Position numbers and translations under genes: made by a program. Positions 1-13,050 of a stretch of 64,000 nt of DNA are shown here, piece after piece (position 1 is the stretch's first letter; each line of letters starts with the position of its first letter). The stretch is from Vicugna vicugna. Lineage: Eukaryota. Under the pieces are notes generated by a model, which searched no databases, was not told where the DNA came from, and was given only the letters and a program-made list of their open reading frames with translations. Location: assembly GCA_013265495.1 (NCBI GenBank), contig MU058478.1, forward strand, positions 585,349 to 649,348, in the 5' to 3' direction.

Positions 1-1018
1 CTCTCGCTGCTCATCAAATCTGATTTCACGGGTCCATTTCACAGCAGATTTTTCTTTGGGGAAAATGTACTGACTGTATAAAAGTTATTCAAGATTTAAA
101 TGTTTTCAGAGTGAGAGCCCAGGCCACAAGGACCTGTCTTTTTCTTGCCTTGATTCACATCTAATATTGTCAAAACTGCAAAGGCAGAAACATCTCGGTT
201 TGCAGCCCCGGCTTCAGACCGTATATCTGAATATCAATTCTACCGAGAAAAAGTTACAAGGTAGAGATTCTCACTGGGTCTAACTAATCTACTTTGCTGA
301 GCTAAATTGCTGGAGATTTAGCACAGAGCTTTACTGCAGTCTTCTAAGGGTAAAAAAAAAATCAGGTGCAGAGCAAATAAGATTAATGTCCCGGGCACCC
401 CCATCTATTTCCTGGGCTTCACGTGGAGCATGCCATATTTTCTCTCTTGGTGCGACTTCAAAGAATTATCATATTTTAGAGTGAAAGTAATTGTCAGAGA
501 GAATGGAAGTTCATTTCCACAGACGAGCTGGCTCCACGGGACCAGGAAGAGAGGGGCTTTCATTCATCTTTATTTGCATCCTCAAGGATGGCTGGAGGGA
601 TGCGCGCAGAGATGGCGGGGCTTATGGTTGCCCAGATGTTCAGACAAACCCTTTGTCTCCCACTGCTGACACGTTAGGGTCTGCCGCCCTCCCAGCTGTG
701 TTTGGACCGGAAACAAAGGGATGTAACTCTTAACGCTGACTCATGCGATGAGAAAGAGGAGGACGAGAGCTAATAATTAAACAGAGGTGCAAGATGTCAC
801 ACGAGGCGCGTTACACCCCGATGTGCATACAGATTACGTATCATCACCAGCATTCTGTGCACGAGGAAATTTGCTCAAAGAAGCAAATAGTTATTCAGGA
901 TGTGAACTAAAAGCCACTCTCTTCCTTTTACTCGTCTTTGACTCTTAGTAGAAGGAAGGTCCTAATGCCTTCTGCTAGAAAACATTTTTAAATATTTTAT
1001 GTACTTACTATTGTATCA

Positions 1019-1149
1019 TTTTATTTTATTTTATTTTACCTTGATGGGGGAGGTAATTTATTTATTTTTAGAGGAGGCACTGGGGATTGAACCCAGGACC
1101 TCAAGCGTGCTAAGCACGTGCTCTACCACTTGAGCATTACCCTCCTCCC
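1019..1149 (-). mobile_element. tRNA-derived SINE (camelid Vic-1-like)
   Basis: Minus strand reads GGGAGGAGGGTAATGCTCAAGTGGTAGAGCACGTGCTTAGC...GGTCCTGGGTTCAATCCCCAG, with Pol III A/B-box-like motifs, then ATTACCTCCCCC and an A-rich tail. Homologous to the other copies in this window. Confidence 0.9.
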
Positions 1150-2096
1150 ATGAACATCACCAAAGCGTAGGAGATTGGGTAACGGTCAGGCTGGACTTTC
1201 AGAACTTAGACTTGAGAGCTTAAAAATGACTCATCCACAGTCGCTGAATTTTTGAGATCAAGAATGAAAGGCCAGAGAGGTAAACGTAGATGTTAGAAGT
1301 CACACAGCCACTTACAGGGAAAATCCTGGCCCCGGGCTCAATGATTGGCCTGTTCTAGAGGACCGCCATGTTGTCTGTGATGATGCCACACATGTGTGAA
1401 GTACCTGAAGCAGGGTTGAGTAATTAGACAATAAATAAAAAAGCACGGGAGTCTTTTGTTTTTTTTTTTTTTGGAAGATCGAGCCTGCTTCTGACACTTT
1501 ATGCCTGAGCCTCCAATCCAGAGAGCAGGTGATCATTGAATGGCTCTGGTAGCAGTTGGCTGGATTCCTCCCAGCTCAGAGCTCGCCTGTGCCAGGGAGC
1601 CCCTGCACCACCACCAACGCCGCTTGGGTGACGTCCCCAGGGCACCTCTGCTCTTTCCTGCAGCATATTCCGAAAGCCCTTCAGGTCCAGTTTTTATGTA
1701 ATTGCACCGTCTGATTAACAAAAGTGAAGGTGTCACTCAAGCTAAAATGTTGGCTGACAGATACATTGAGATGATTTTTGTGCCTAATGTATGAAAGTCC
1801 AAATTTGGTGAGCAAAAGTCAGAATATTAAGGGACAGTCTTTAAAGAAGTGCAATGCATATAAGAAAGACAGTACCCTAAATCCAACTGCACAGGGCGAT
1901 GCATCTGGACACATAACAGAAGGAAGACCCTGGCTTTCTGAGCGATAATTATTTACTTGCTGGGCAAAGCCAGACACATTCTTCAGAATATGTTTTTTTT
2001 TCCCCTCTTTTCATAGGTGTAGAAATCTGTTTGAATCAAAGAGTTCTCTTTGTATTCGGTTTCCCACTCTGATCACAAATTTCTGCAATTATGATC

Positions 2097-2780
2097 CAGA
2101 GGCACGGTCACCATGAAGCCAATGAAAGAAAAAAATTCTAGGGGAGTCTCCTGCGGTCCCCTGGGGCCGTCCCCAGCCACTTACTCACCCGCCCATATGT
2201 TTCCATGACATTTGCAAAATTAAAACGGATTGACTGTCCTACACTGAGGTCCCGGTCTCCTTCCACTGTGACAACCCTTCTCCACACTTCTCAGCGCCAT
2301 CATGGCTGTGGAGTAGCAGTGGGTGCTTCTGCCATCTGGCTAAAGGAAATGGGATTGGAAAAATCGCATTTGGGTTCGGAGTGATTAATCTGTGTGGTTT
2401 TTCAGTTGCTTCCGTTTTGTCTTATAAGTAACCTTTCCCTTTTTATTTTAGGCAATTATCAGTAAAGAACAAACCACAGCAAAAGCAAATTCTAACAAAA
2501 ACACACAAATTTTATGGACATGAATTTTACCAAACGCTTCCATGTTTAATTGAGTACATCACCATGATGTAGCAAGGACTAAAGGAATCTGTCTCTGGCC
2601 CTCTCTCCTGACCTACCTAGAGATGTGTCACTAAGGTGCAGGGCCACCACGTGTCCCATGGGGCCACCACCAAAAGTACCTGGGTCACGGAGGGGGAAAG
2701 GAGTTCGCAAAGTCTCAGAGATGTAAATACAATCCTCCATGAAGTCGGCCCTCTATTCTCTCATCCAACCTCCCGCTGGT
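2097..2780 (+). mobile_element. ancient hAT-Tip100 DNA transposon fragment (Zaphod/MER115-like)
   Basis: Begins CAGAGGCACGGTCACCATGAAGCCAATGAA and continues ...CATATGTTTCCATGACATTTGCAAAA...CCTTCCACTGTGAC, resembling the recalled Zaphod/MER115 5' end. Right boundary approximate. Confidence 0.55.
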
Positions 2781-5617
2781 TATTTTATGCGGGAAAAAAT
2801 ATAGGTAAATGGTAAAATGCAAAATTGTATGAAGGCTTATCAGGAAAAGCAGTGGCCCCTCCACCCATCCCTTATCCCTGGTCCCACTTCCCAGCACCAA
2901 GCTTTGTTTCCTTTTTGTCTGTGAATCTTCACTTGTTGATCAACTTCATAGGTTCCCTGTCAGTGACATTATTAAAGATTCGTACATAGCTTGCTCTCAG
3001 CACCGCCCTGCCCGTCCACAGTTGCCAATGACTATGATTTCAGTTCTGATCTCTGTGGCTCCGAATTCCCTATTGTTAATTCCAGCAACCTGAGATGTCC
3101 ATGCAAAATAGTGACTTGGTTTTCTCCACTGAGAATCAATCTGTAGACAAAGCATGGGAGACATAAATATCTCTGTAAGATAGAATGTCCCAGCACCGCT
3201 CCCGTTAAAGCTTAAATATATGGTTAACCTACAGGAGATGGATGGCAGAGGAAGGGAAGGAAAGAGGAAAAGAAGCCTGGTCCTTGCAGCCAGTGCAGCT
3301 GGAGAGACAAGACTGTCTTAAAAAGCCAGCAGGAGTTGGGTAGAGCGAATATGTTTCATAGTAATGTGACTTTTGAGGCTACAATAAAAATACACATACA
3401 TGCACCAATGCATATACGAGTGTGTGTGTGCGTCTCACCTAGCTTCATCTTACCCCCCCTCAAGACAAACCTACAAAATGCTTAGTGTTCGGCCAATTTA
3501 GAGTCATCTACATATATTCTAATATTATTTTTTACTTTGCATAATGCACAGAAGGTAAGAGTTTGCATCCTCACCTTAAAAAGGAAAAAAAAAAAAGACA
3601 GTGTTACATAAAGTCCTCTACCTGCTAAGTATTTCAGTGGATCACATTTAAAGTTACCCTCCCATGAAATTTTGAACAACGAAACAAGACTTGCCGTGGT
3701 CAGCCCTGTTATGAGGGCATTGGAGGTAAGCCCTTCTTAATTCCCAAACTGTGATACCCATAATGGCTCCCCCGGCCAGTGGTGACAGGTCTCTGATGCC
3801 GGGGTGGCTGTCATTCGGGACCTGAGAGCGCGCCAGCCCCCTGTGTTAATCACTTGTGGCTTCATAGCACCTAGATGGGGCCGTGACTTGGCCTGTGTGA
3901 GTCTTTCTTCTCTTTCTTTTCTCCTTCCTGATGATCACATTAATTACAGCTATTTTAAGCACTCACACTGTTAAAGAACCAGGGATATGGTAAATTGTTG
4001 ATATTTTGACTGTTCGAAAACACAACATGGAGTGATTTTTTTAAATAAATTTAAAGGAAGAGTTTCATGAAATTAGAAGGGCAATCCTAAATAATGCTCT
4101 GAGAAATGGATCAAATTAAATCTCGGGGTTTTTTTTTTTTCTTTTTCCCCTTGAATGACTCATGAAATAATAAAGGTGGATTCGTGCTGTTCCACTGATC
4201 TCTCATTTGTAGGATTTTTTTTTTTATTCTGTTAAGAAAATGGGCAGTCCTTTATTTGATCAAATTAGAATTATAGAAAAGAGCTTTTTTAAGGAAGGAC
4301 TGGATGCAAGTACCTGTTGTGACCAGGTTCTCTTCCTTGCAAACATGATGGAAGATTCCATAAGGACAAAGAAGACTTTGAGTATATTTTTTTGTACTTT
4401 GCGCACCTTGAGAAGCAATGAATCTTGCCCTGCATAATGGTAACCTATCTATTGCATGTTACAATGTTATAAACTTGAGAGAGATGGTTGTGGCAATAAT
4501 GCTGCCCATGCATAAGTGATGCCGGCTATGCCTGGCTTCACAGCACGACACACACTTACCCATGTCAGCTCAGATCACATCCCTCTTGCAGCTCATTCTT
4601 TCCCCAAATCCCCCCCTCCACACGCTTCCTTGTTACCAAACGGTCTTAACATCTTCCCTGGCATCATCTAAGCTTTTTCTCTTGGAGGGAAAGCAGGAGA
4701 GCTGGCGGGTTTCAGAGCAAAAAGGAGGAAAATGGACTTGGTCTAATAAAATGTGGAAGAGGAGGAACAGAGAAGGCCAGAGGGTGGTGGAGGGTGATGG
4801 ACAGGACTGCAGGCACGTGACTTCCTGACGCTGGAGCCACATCCCCAGGCAGGTGTCCACTCATCGGTGGAAACAGCAGGCTAAAACTTGAGAACAAGAC
4901 TAAGGGAGACAAAAAATGAGAGTGCCCCGCTCAAAGATAGCAAAATTAGATTTTGCAGAAAGTGGAGCAGCATGAGGAACGGAGCAAGAGAGGGAGAGAA
5001 TTGGGGGAGATGTTGCAAGGGGGATGACTTCCCTTTTAGATATGGAAATCATAGAGATGCTAATGAAGTTTGGAATTCCTTTAAGATTCCTTTTGTCTGA
5101 TGTGACTAAGCCAGGATGGGGGTTGAGGACTTGGGGACCCGGTGTTGGCATTTACAGTTCAATGTCTGCCTTATCCTTGGCAGAGGAGACAAACCCTACG
5201 TAGGGAGAGGAGGCTGAGGTCCAGGAGGACGTGGAAAGGCAAGAGAATAACACAAGTGCAGGGCGGGCCTTCCAAGGGGAAGAGAGACCCCTTTCTCTGA
5301 GAGATGAAGGGCCTGGTGTGGGCAGGGAAAGAGCCCCTTGTGTTTTCCTGCACATGCAGCGCCCACGGGTGACAGTCCCCTGCAACACCGCAGTGATGGA
5401 GAGGCACAAAGACGCTCGCTGTGTCATGGCTGAGAGGGAACCTGCATGTCAGTGTAGCTGCAAGCGAGGGAGGACGTGTGCACGATGGAAAGAAAAATGG
5501 GGGACGCGAGGACACAACATCCACCTCAGTGACTCTTTAGAGAGTAAATCTGATGAAGTGTTTGCAAATCAGCAGACAATGGGGAAACGTTTAGTTTCAG
5601 TCTATCTGCAGATAAAC

Positions 5618-6065
5618 CAGTGGTCCTCAACCCTGGCTGCCTGCTCCTTTCCGTGAAATTAAACCAGAATATCTAAAGTTGGGCTCCAGAAACAGTATTT
5701 CTATTATTTTTTTTTCATTGAAGTATATATAGTCAGTTACAGTGTGTCGATTTCCGGCGTGCAGCACAACAACAACACATAAATTCTTTTTCATGAAACA
5801 AATTTTAAGGATTTTAACGAATTTTTAAGGATCCTCAAGTTATTTGTCTATGCAGCTGAACTCAGGAAGAAAGTTGGGCTCCAGAAACAGTATTTCTGTT
5901 ATTTTTTTTTCATTGAAGTATAGTCAGTTACAATGTGTCGATTTCCGGTGTGCAGCACAACAACAACACATAAATTCTTTTTCATGAAACAAATTTTAAG
6001 GATTTTAACGAATTTTTAAGGATCCTCAAGTTATTTGTCTATGCAGCTGAACTCAAGAATTACTA
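5618..6065. mobile_element. MER5-type (hAT-Charlie) element carrying a short minus-strand L1 3' end, partly tandem duplicated
   Basis: Starts CAGTGGTCCTCAACCCTGGCTGC and ends ...TATGCAGCTGAACTCAAGAATTACT. The internal TTTTTCATTGAAGTATAGTCAGTTACA is an L1 3' terminus. Confidence 0.6.
5675..6059. repeat. tandem duplication, ~195-bp unit x2
   Basis: AAAGTTGGGCTCCAGAAACAG... starts at 5675 and again at 5870. The copies differ by a few substitutions and a 4-bp TA indel. Confidence 0.95.
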
Positions 6066-6707
6066 ACATAAATAGAAGAAGAATGGTAAGTTTTGGTAGT
6101 TAAGGAAATTTACATTAGGGTATAAATTATTATTTAGATGGAATAGAACAACATTAAAAATGAATATTCCATCCAAATAATTCCATCAGAAAATTCTATT
6201 TTTTTATGGTGATGTAGGAAAGATGGCAGATACATGCAGACTGCCCTCTGAATGTTTCTCACAATATAAGAGATCTTGATTTCATTAAAAATTAAAAAGA
6301 ATGGCAATTAAATGCCCCATCTTCAAGGACTATACGGTTACTTCAATATTCCACACTTTAAATGTCGTAATAGAGAAACATACCCATGTGGGTTTATGTC
6401 CAAGTGTTAATGAAACAAAATAACCAAGAAATATGTTTCACCTTGAAAGCGTGAATCAAGAATAGGATTTGGTGTCACAGCCAAGATCACGTTCTGTCCT
6501 CACCCCTCATGGTCCCCTCTGTGAGGCTGAAGCCCCCCCATTTCCTCATCGATGTGATGGACGGGCTGGTACAACCTTCTGATCCGTGAACCAGGCACTG
6601 AAGGCAGAGCTTCTAACGCAGCAAAGCGCCTGCTTCTCATTCCTCCACCAGGACTGACTGATCCTTGTCCAGGCTTGGAGAGAAGCTATTCCTAAAGTTG
6701 TTCACAG

Positions 6708-7106
6708 AAAGGAAAACGCCACGTGATATGACTCATATGTGGAATAAAAAAAAAAAAAGAGAGAGAGAGCGAGAAAAGAAAAAAAGAAGATGCCAACGAA
6801 CTCATCTACAAAACAGAAACTGACTCACAGGCGTAGTAAACAAACCTATGGTTACGGGAGCGAAAGAGGGTGGGAAGGGATAAATCGGGAGGTTGAGAAT
6901 TGCTAATATGAACTATTATATATAAAAGAAATTTTAAAAATTCCTTTTGTGTAGCACAGGGAACTATAGTCCATATCTTTTAGTCACCTACAGTGAAAAA
7001 GAACACGAGAAGGAATGTATGCGTGTCCATGTGTGACCGAAACATGATGATGTGCACCAGACATTGACACACTGTAACTGACTATGCTTCAATAAATAAT
7101 AATAAT
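6708..7106 (+). mobile_element. 5'-truncated L1 (3' UTR) with target-site duplication
   Basis: L1 3' UTR motifs (CTCATATGTGGAAT...TGTAGCACAGGGAACTAT...TGTAACTGACTATGCTTCAATAAA). TSD AAAGTTGTTCACAG at 6694-6707 and AAAGTTATTCACAG at 7107-7120. Confidence 0.92.
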
Positions 7107-7594
7107 AAAGTTATTCACAGGTTTATACAAACTAAAATTGCTTTATAATTGAACATGCGGATCAGTAGCATAATTAAAAGCAAAAGACTCGTGGTTAACA
7201 CGTACGCCCATTTGGCCATCTGTCTAAACCACATGGCACCTGTTAGCTCCCTGGATAACCTGGCTGTCTCAGTCTGGACTTTTTTTTTCCCTCCTTTTTC
7301 AGTTTTATTAGGTAGAATTATTATAATTCGACTGCATTATATTGCATGGAAATACATATATACAGTGTACTGCACTTTCTTTTAGTTTACACACATGTAC
7401 TAATTATTGTTTCTAAGAAAAGGTCAGATCTTCAGCTTTTTAAACTTACACAGTTATCGAAGGAATAAAGCCAACCACAAAATAAGGATCGACAGAACGC
7501 AGTAACCTCGTCATAAAGGATCGTCAGATGCGCTTACACATATTCAAGAAATCCATCATCTAATTTGTAAATAATAAATAGATCATATGCATCC

Positions 7595-7850
7595 TTTTGT
7601 TTTTTTCTTTTGGATTCCACATAGAAGCAACATCGTATGGCATTTTTCTTTTTCTTTCTGACTTGCCATATTGTTGTGTTTTTATAGTTCATAGTTTCCA
7701 TTGCTCAGAGGCATTCAATTTTATAAATATACCACAATTTTTATATCTATTCTCTTACTGATGGACATTTGGGGTGTTTCTGTTTTTTTTTCTATCGTGC
7801 ATAAAGCTGACATGAATATTAAATATTCCTTCCAGAAGAGCATTTTCTAT
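7595..7850 (-). mobile_element. L1 fragments (younger 3' piece next to an older L1M ORF2 end)
   Basis: GGATTCCACATAGAAGCAACATCGTATGGCATTTTTC, then ATACCACAATTT...ACTGATGGACATTTGGGGTGTTTC. Both are typical reverse-strand L1 ORF2-end/3' UTR motifs. Confidence 0.7.
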
Positions 7851-9105
7851 CTCCTGAGTGAACTTTCTAGAGGTAAGCACCACCATGTTACTTCTTACTC
7901 CTAAATCATTTAATCTCCCTCTATTATTGATTTAGGGATAAAATCAAATAATCTACAAAAGTCTATGTGGTTTAACCCCTTCCTGCTTACCTTTCCAGCT
8001 CAATGTGCATTGTTTTCCTACACGCACTTTGTACCAGGCGTATTTAAATAATCAGACTTCGCCACGAGCAACATACTTTTCAAGATTTTTCAGAAAACAT
8101 CTCTTATATTTGCATAGCCTGGCACTGTAATCTCATGTCTCCTGCCTTATGTCCCAAACCAGAAAAATATTCAAGGACTGCATGACACTCATTCCTCTTT
8201 CATGAGCAGATAACCTGTAGCTTGGTTCGTTCCCTAATTCACTGCTGGGGAAACAGCAAATTGGCACAGAACCCAAGGTCGGAGGCCCTTGATGAATGTA
8301 TCGGATTCATCCAACAACTCACTTTCCTTTATTCATAGATAAGGCATAGGATCGTTTTATTTATTATGAAATATGTACCCTGCTATGTCATTCTTATTTC
8401 TTTTTCTGTTGGAATTTGCCAGAAGGTGACTTACACATTTCTATCAAGATAATCTATCTTCCCAGGATTTATTGGCGAAAAAAAAAAAAACCCAAAAACC
8501 CAAGTTGTCATGCGTCTCTTAATCAGGAGGCCAGATTAAATCAGACTTGTGGGACGAATAGCCCTCAGATGGATCGTCTGAAGGCTGTAATTTGGTGACG
8601 TTAATTATCCCCTGTCCGCCTTCTTTTCCAGCTTAAGTGACCCTTTCAATTACACCTTCCTGCAAATGCATTCATCTCCTAGCGGGTTTCATTTTCATAT
8701 TTCCTCCATTCATGACCTGAACAGAATGAAGAGCTGGGAGGGAACCTAGATATCATCTCACGTGGTGTTTCTTTGATTTGAAAATATAAAGCCTGTGGGT
8801 GTGTGGTTGTGTGCCTGGTGGGGCAAGAGGGTGGGAAGATCTGAAAAACTGGACGAAAAATCTCTGTGAAATATCAATTTTCCCCCAAAGCTTGGGGCGG
8901 GGTGGGGTAGGGAAGGAGTCAAGTCATTTTGTTTGCAACTCATTTAAAAATCATTTTATATTTTTAAATAATGTATATATGATGGAGCAGAATGCAAAAT
9001 TCACATTAGTTAACCAGGACATTTCAAAGAAATCTGAATTTGCATTGGTTCATTTAGTAGGACATTTTCCATCATCCATTCATTCTTCTATGGTCTTAGG
9101 TATAC

Positions 9106-9601
9106 TTTTTTTAATTGAAGTCTACTCAATTTACGATTTCTGGTGTACAGCATCATGTTTCAGTCATACATATACACACATATATTCTTTTTCATATTAT
9201 TTTCCACTATAGGTCACCACAAGACATTGAATATGGCTCCCTGAGCTCTACAGAAGAAACGTGTTTATCTATTTTATAGATAGCAGTTAGTATCTGCAAA
9301 TCTTGAGCTCCGAATTTATCATGTCCCACCCTTTTGCCCCCCTGGTCACCTTAAGATTGTTTTCTATGTCTGTGAGTCTGTTTCTGTTTTGTAAATAAAT
9401 TTTTTTTGTAGATTCCACATATAAGTGATCTCATATGGTGTTTTTCTTTCTCTTTCTGGCTTATTTCATTTAGAATGACAATCTCCAGGTCCATCCATGT
9501 TGCTCCAAATGGCATGATTTTATCCTTTTTTATGGCTGAGTAGTATTCCATTGTATAAATACACCACAGCTTCTTCATCCAGTCATCTGTCAATGGACAT
9601 T
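9106..9601 (-). mobile_element. 5'-truncated L1 (ORF2 C-terminus plus 3' UTR)
   Basis: ORF 9351-9671(-) contains CPLTDDWMKKLWCIYTMEYYSAIKKDKIMPFGATWMDLEIVILNEISQ, the L1 ORF2p C-terminus. Poly-T tail at the left end. Confidence 0.93.
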
Positions 9602-11651
9602 CAAGTATTTGAAGGAAAGAGTTGGAGAAAGAGTAATCTATTCTCTTCTGCAGAGAGTGAAACATGCCCAAGGCAGTGCAGACTAGCTGGTACCTTCTGT
9701 GCTTTTAGGACTGAGTCCAGTCCTCTGCTGGGTTTTGACTGGCAGGCTTCCTCTGACTACTCTTGCAGAATTCCGTCCCTTCCCTTCTGGCTCTGGTCCT
9801 GCACCTTATATGGTGCCAGGGGCACACTTGGGGTATGAAACCTCTATTTCACAGCAGAGAAAATTCTGGCTCAGGGAAAATGCAAAATTTTGGAAAAGAT
9901 TAAAATGTGAACTTGGAGCTACAATCCAAACAATCCATCCAATGGCAAATTTCACGCCTCTTCCAGACCACGTCCTCCTCACAGCTAAATTCTGTCTGTA
10001 TGGACAGAAACCAGCCAGCTCTGTGTTTGCGCTACGCCACGCAAGTGTTCCTTGCAAGTTGGGATTCCACAGGTTATAAAAGGAGTGAAACACGAGACCA
10101 CCCTCCCCCCTGGCCTCAACATCTCTGCTCCCAGGTGACAGGTGGCACCGAGATTTGCAAACTCTATATCCACACACACCAGATAAATATTTCCTGTTAA
10201 AATTAAGGCCATTGGCATTATTTCACTTACTCTTTGGGTCTTGGGACATCATTCCATGACTCTGCCCTAAATTCTTTCTCTAGCCCACGGGAATGAGACA
10301 AGCCAAAGTCGTTGGAGAATTCTGAGATGGAATATGTTTGCAATAATTGATTCCATTGGCAATGAAAAATCTGCAAACTATTCTTTGTTTTAGCCAGTCC
10401 CTCAAAAAAAAAAAAAAAGAAAAAACATCGTCCACAGGTAGCAATTGAGTTTTTATTAACATAAAGAATTCCTTAAAGTATAGTTTAATTTGCAATCATG
10501 AATCCATTTCCTTGGCTTAGCATCGTGAAATGTAACAATCTCTTCTAAACACATGCTAATAGTTAGCTTTAAAATTGCAGTGCTAACCTGTTTAATAAAC
10601 CCAAGGGCCAGATAAACTGATGGTCCCATCCCTGAAAAGGATACGTGCAATCAGCTCCACACAGGCTACCACATAACAGTTAGAGGCTGTGAAAATGTCA
10701 TAAATGCAAAAACCATTTTATTTAGTTTGTGTGATTTAGAAAGTCCAGCCATTTGCTTGAAGCAGATTTTTTTTTAAGGATGTGCTAAACATGGAGCTCC
10801 TGCAGGGAGATGGGCTGTTGTCAGAAGCAACTCACAAACTGTTCTGTGGGCGGGGGACCCTGGGAAAACCCACCAGGACAAACATGTTATACTGTGTCGG
10901 TGCAGCTAAGAGAGGCAAGTACCACTTGCCATTTATTCCTCCAATTAGGTCTATCTAGATCCGTCATCAAATAGCAATTTTGTCTCCTGAGTTACAGAGA
11001 ACATGGCTTTCTGAATCAGGCAAGTCCGTTTCCTCACGAGGAAGCAGAGATGGTGGCTCAAGTCTTCAGACGGTTTCCTTGGCTTCCTTGATGGAGCGTG
11101 GTTATGTGTGTTTGGAATCAAGACAGCTCCCACCTTCATTGCTGGGGGTCACTGGATTGGACAAAATCCACTCAGAAAAGAGTGTGGACATAACAGAGAA
11201 GATGCTGAAGTGACCCCTGGGACCTCCAGGAGAAGCAACAAGCAAAGAATTATGAAAAAGGAGCATCTAATTTGGCAGAAGGAAGAAAAGAGAGAGAGAG
11301 AATGTGATGTTACAGAAGCCAGTGAGACATACAGACAAGTGGGTGTAGCAATCCACCGTTTCATGAAAATGTTATGTTTGGAATAAGGTCCATGGAGGTC
11401 CAGGAATAATCAGTGAATTTCATTAACAGGGAGCTACTTCTTTTTTAAAAAAAAAATATTTACCTCTCTCTTCCATCTGAAATTTATTTTTGAGTATGAG
11501 GTTAACATCCAACTTCTCTTTACAACTGGGTATCCAATTGCATCAAAAACATAAGTGGATTCATATGTGCAAAATTTTCCGATGGATACACTCATCACGT
11601 CTTCTTCTCTTTCTTTTTCTCATTCAGTTTTTTTCTTGTGGTTTGATGACT

Positions 11652-11798
11652 AGAGAAGTTCCTTCAACGTTTGTTGTAAAGCTGGTTTGGTGGTGCTGAA
11701 TTCTGTTTGATTTTGTTCATCTGTGATTGTCCGTCAAATCTGAACAAGAGCCTTGTTGGATAGAGTGTTCTTGGTTGTTAGTTTTTCCCTTTCATCAC
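11652..11798 (-). mobile_element. L1 ORF1 C-terminal fragment
   Basis: AGAAGTTCCTTCAACGTTTGTTGTAAAGCTGGTTTGGTGGTGCTGAATTC...AGAGTGTTCTTGGTTGTTAGTTTTTCCCTTTCATCAC matches the recalled reverse strand of the L1 ORF1 3' part. Confidence 0.75.
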
Positions 11799-12094
11799 AG
11801 GCACCTGCTTGTTCTGCACTGATACCTCTGCTCCTAAAGGCGTTTATCTGGGGAAGATTTCCAGTACAGAGAAAGAAAGAATTACAACCTAGTTGCAGAC
11901 GTCTCTACATCCACAACATGTTGGTGTCAACGGAGTCTGACGCATTATAACCCTGCTCAGTGGTGGCCCTCAGGAATGGCGGTAAAGGGAGATGCTCCTG
12001 GAGACAGTCTGGAGAGGGGTCGCTTGGGTCTCCACTTCACACAGAGAGAGAACGGGGTTAGGCTATGGATCTGCAGGGTCCGGGGCAGAGATTA

Positions 12095-13050
12095 AAGTCA
12101 TGGCTAGTTGGCGAGAGACCAGAAAGGAGCACAATTCAAAGATTAATGGTGGGAAAAGCTGGGGCAGTTGGTGCGTGGATGGAATGATGGGAAAAGGCAC
12201 AAACCAAGACCATGTTTAATGTCTTCTGTGAATGCCCACCAACGAGCATCTTCAGACGAGGCCGCCAACAGCCAGCTGGACAGAACGGCTCACCCTGTGG
12301 ATGTCATCGAGCCTCTCTCCTGGCCCACCCCATTGCTGCACGGTGGTCCCCACACGCGGAGTCGACACGGAGGCAGAAACAGAACTTCACATGGGCCAAG
12401 GTCACGGGCGTGTCCTCTCTCGCCACATCCAAGACAGTGACTCCCGCTCTTGACTCCCAGCCTCGCAAGCACAGAGAGGGGCTGAGCATCCTCTTTGTGT
12501 CCAGACCAGCCAGCTCATGGACCCTCCTCATCCTGCCATGGTTGACAAGCTGTCTTTATTCGAGTCAACGCACACTTCGTCCGTGTTCATGTTTGCATCC
12601 AAATTGCTGTCTCGCCTACAGTTCCTCGGTCAACTCTACCATGTGGAGACCATGGAACGTACATTCCAAGATGGCACCCCCACCACCGTCCACGGGGCAC
12701 ATTTTATGGCAAAAGAAGGATAACAAAGACAGGTGGCCTTGGGATGCAGTGGTCTTTATCCAGGGGATGTGGTTGGTCTTGTCAAATCGTGCAGTACCCC
12801 CAGGAAAGCTCAGTGGAGCAGTCGCCTTGGGGCCAATGCAGGGATCCACTCGTGAAGGAGGCAAAGAAACGTGTTATTAAAAGGCCAGGGGTAAGCAGCT
12901 CTGGTGACCATGACAGTGAGGGTTGCAATGAGGCAAGAATGAGCCTCCCTTCCCTGGGACCTGCAGGATGGATTCCATGGGTGTCTTTGAAGCCTCCTTG
13001 CCCAGAATGACAGGAAATATAAAGGTCATTGCAGCTACTCTGACCGACCA
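12095..13050 (+). mobile_element. decayed ERV-L (class III) pol relic: RNase H end, integrase, dUTPase
   Basis: Frameshifted peptides lie in ERV-L order: WRETRKEHNSKINGGKSWG (~WSGTWKEHDWKIGDKEIWG), VNAHQRASSDEAANSQLDRTAHPVD (~VNAHQRVTSAEEDFNNQVDRMTRSVD), GAHFMAKE (~GTHFTAKE), PLVKEAKKRV..PGV and LKPPCP (~PLNQQAKKGV..AGV, LVLPCP). Reference peptides are from memory. Confidence 0.85.

Noticed and set aside
12212..12880. 222-aa ORF as a gene or intact integrase
   Set aside because: The ERV-L-like peptides fall mostly in other frames and are broken by frameshifts.
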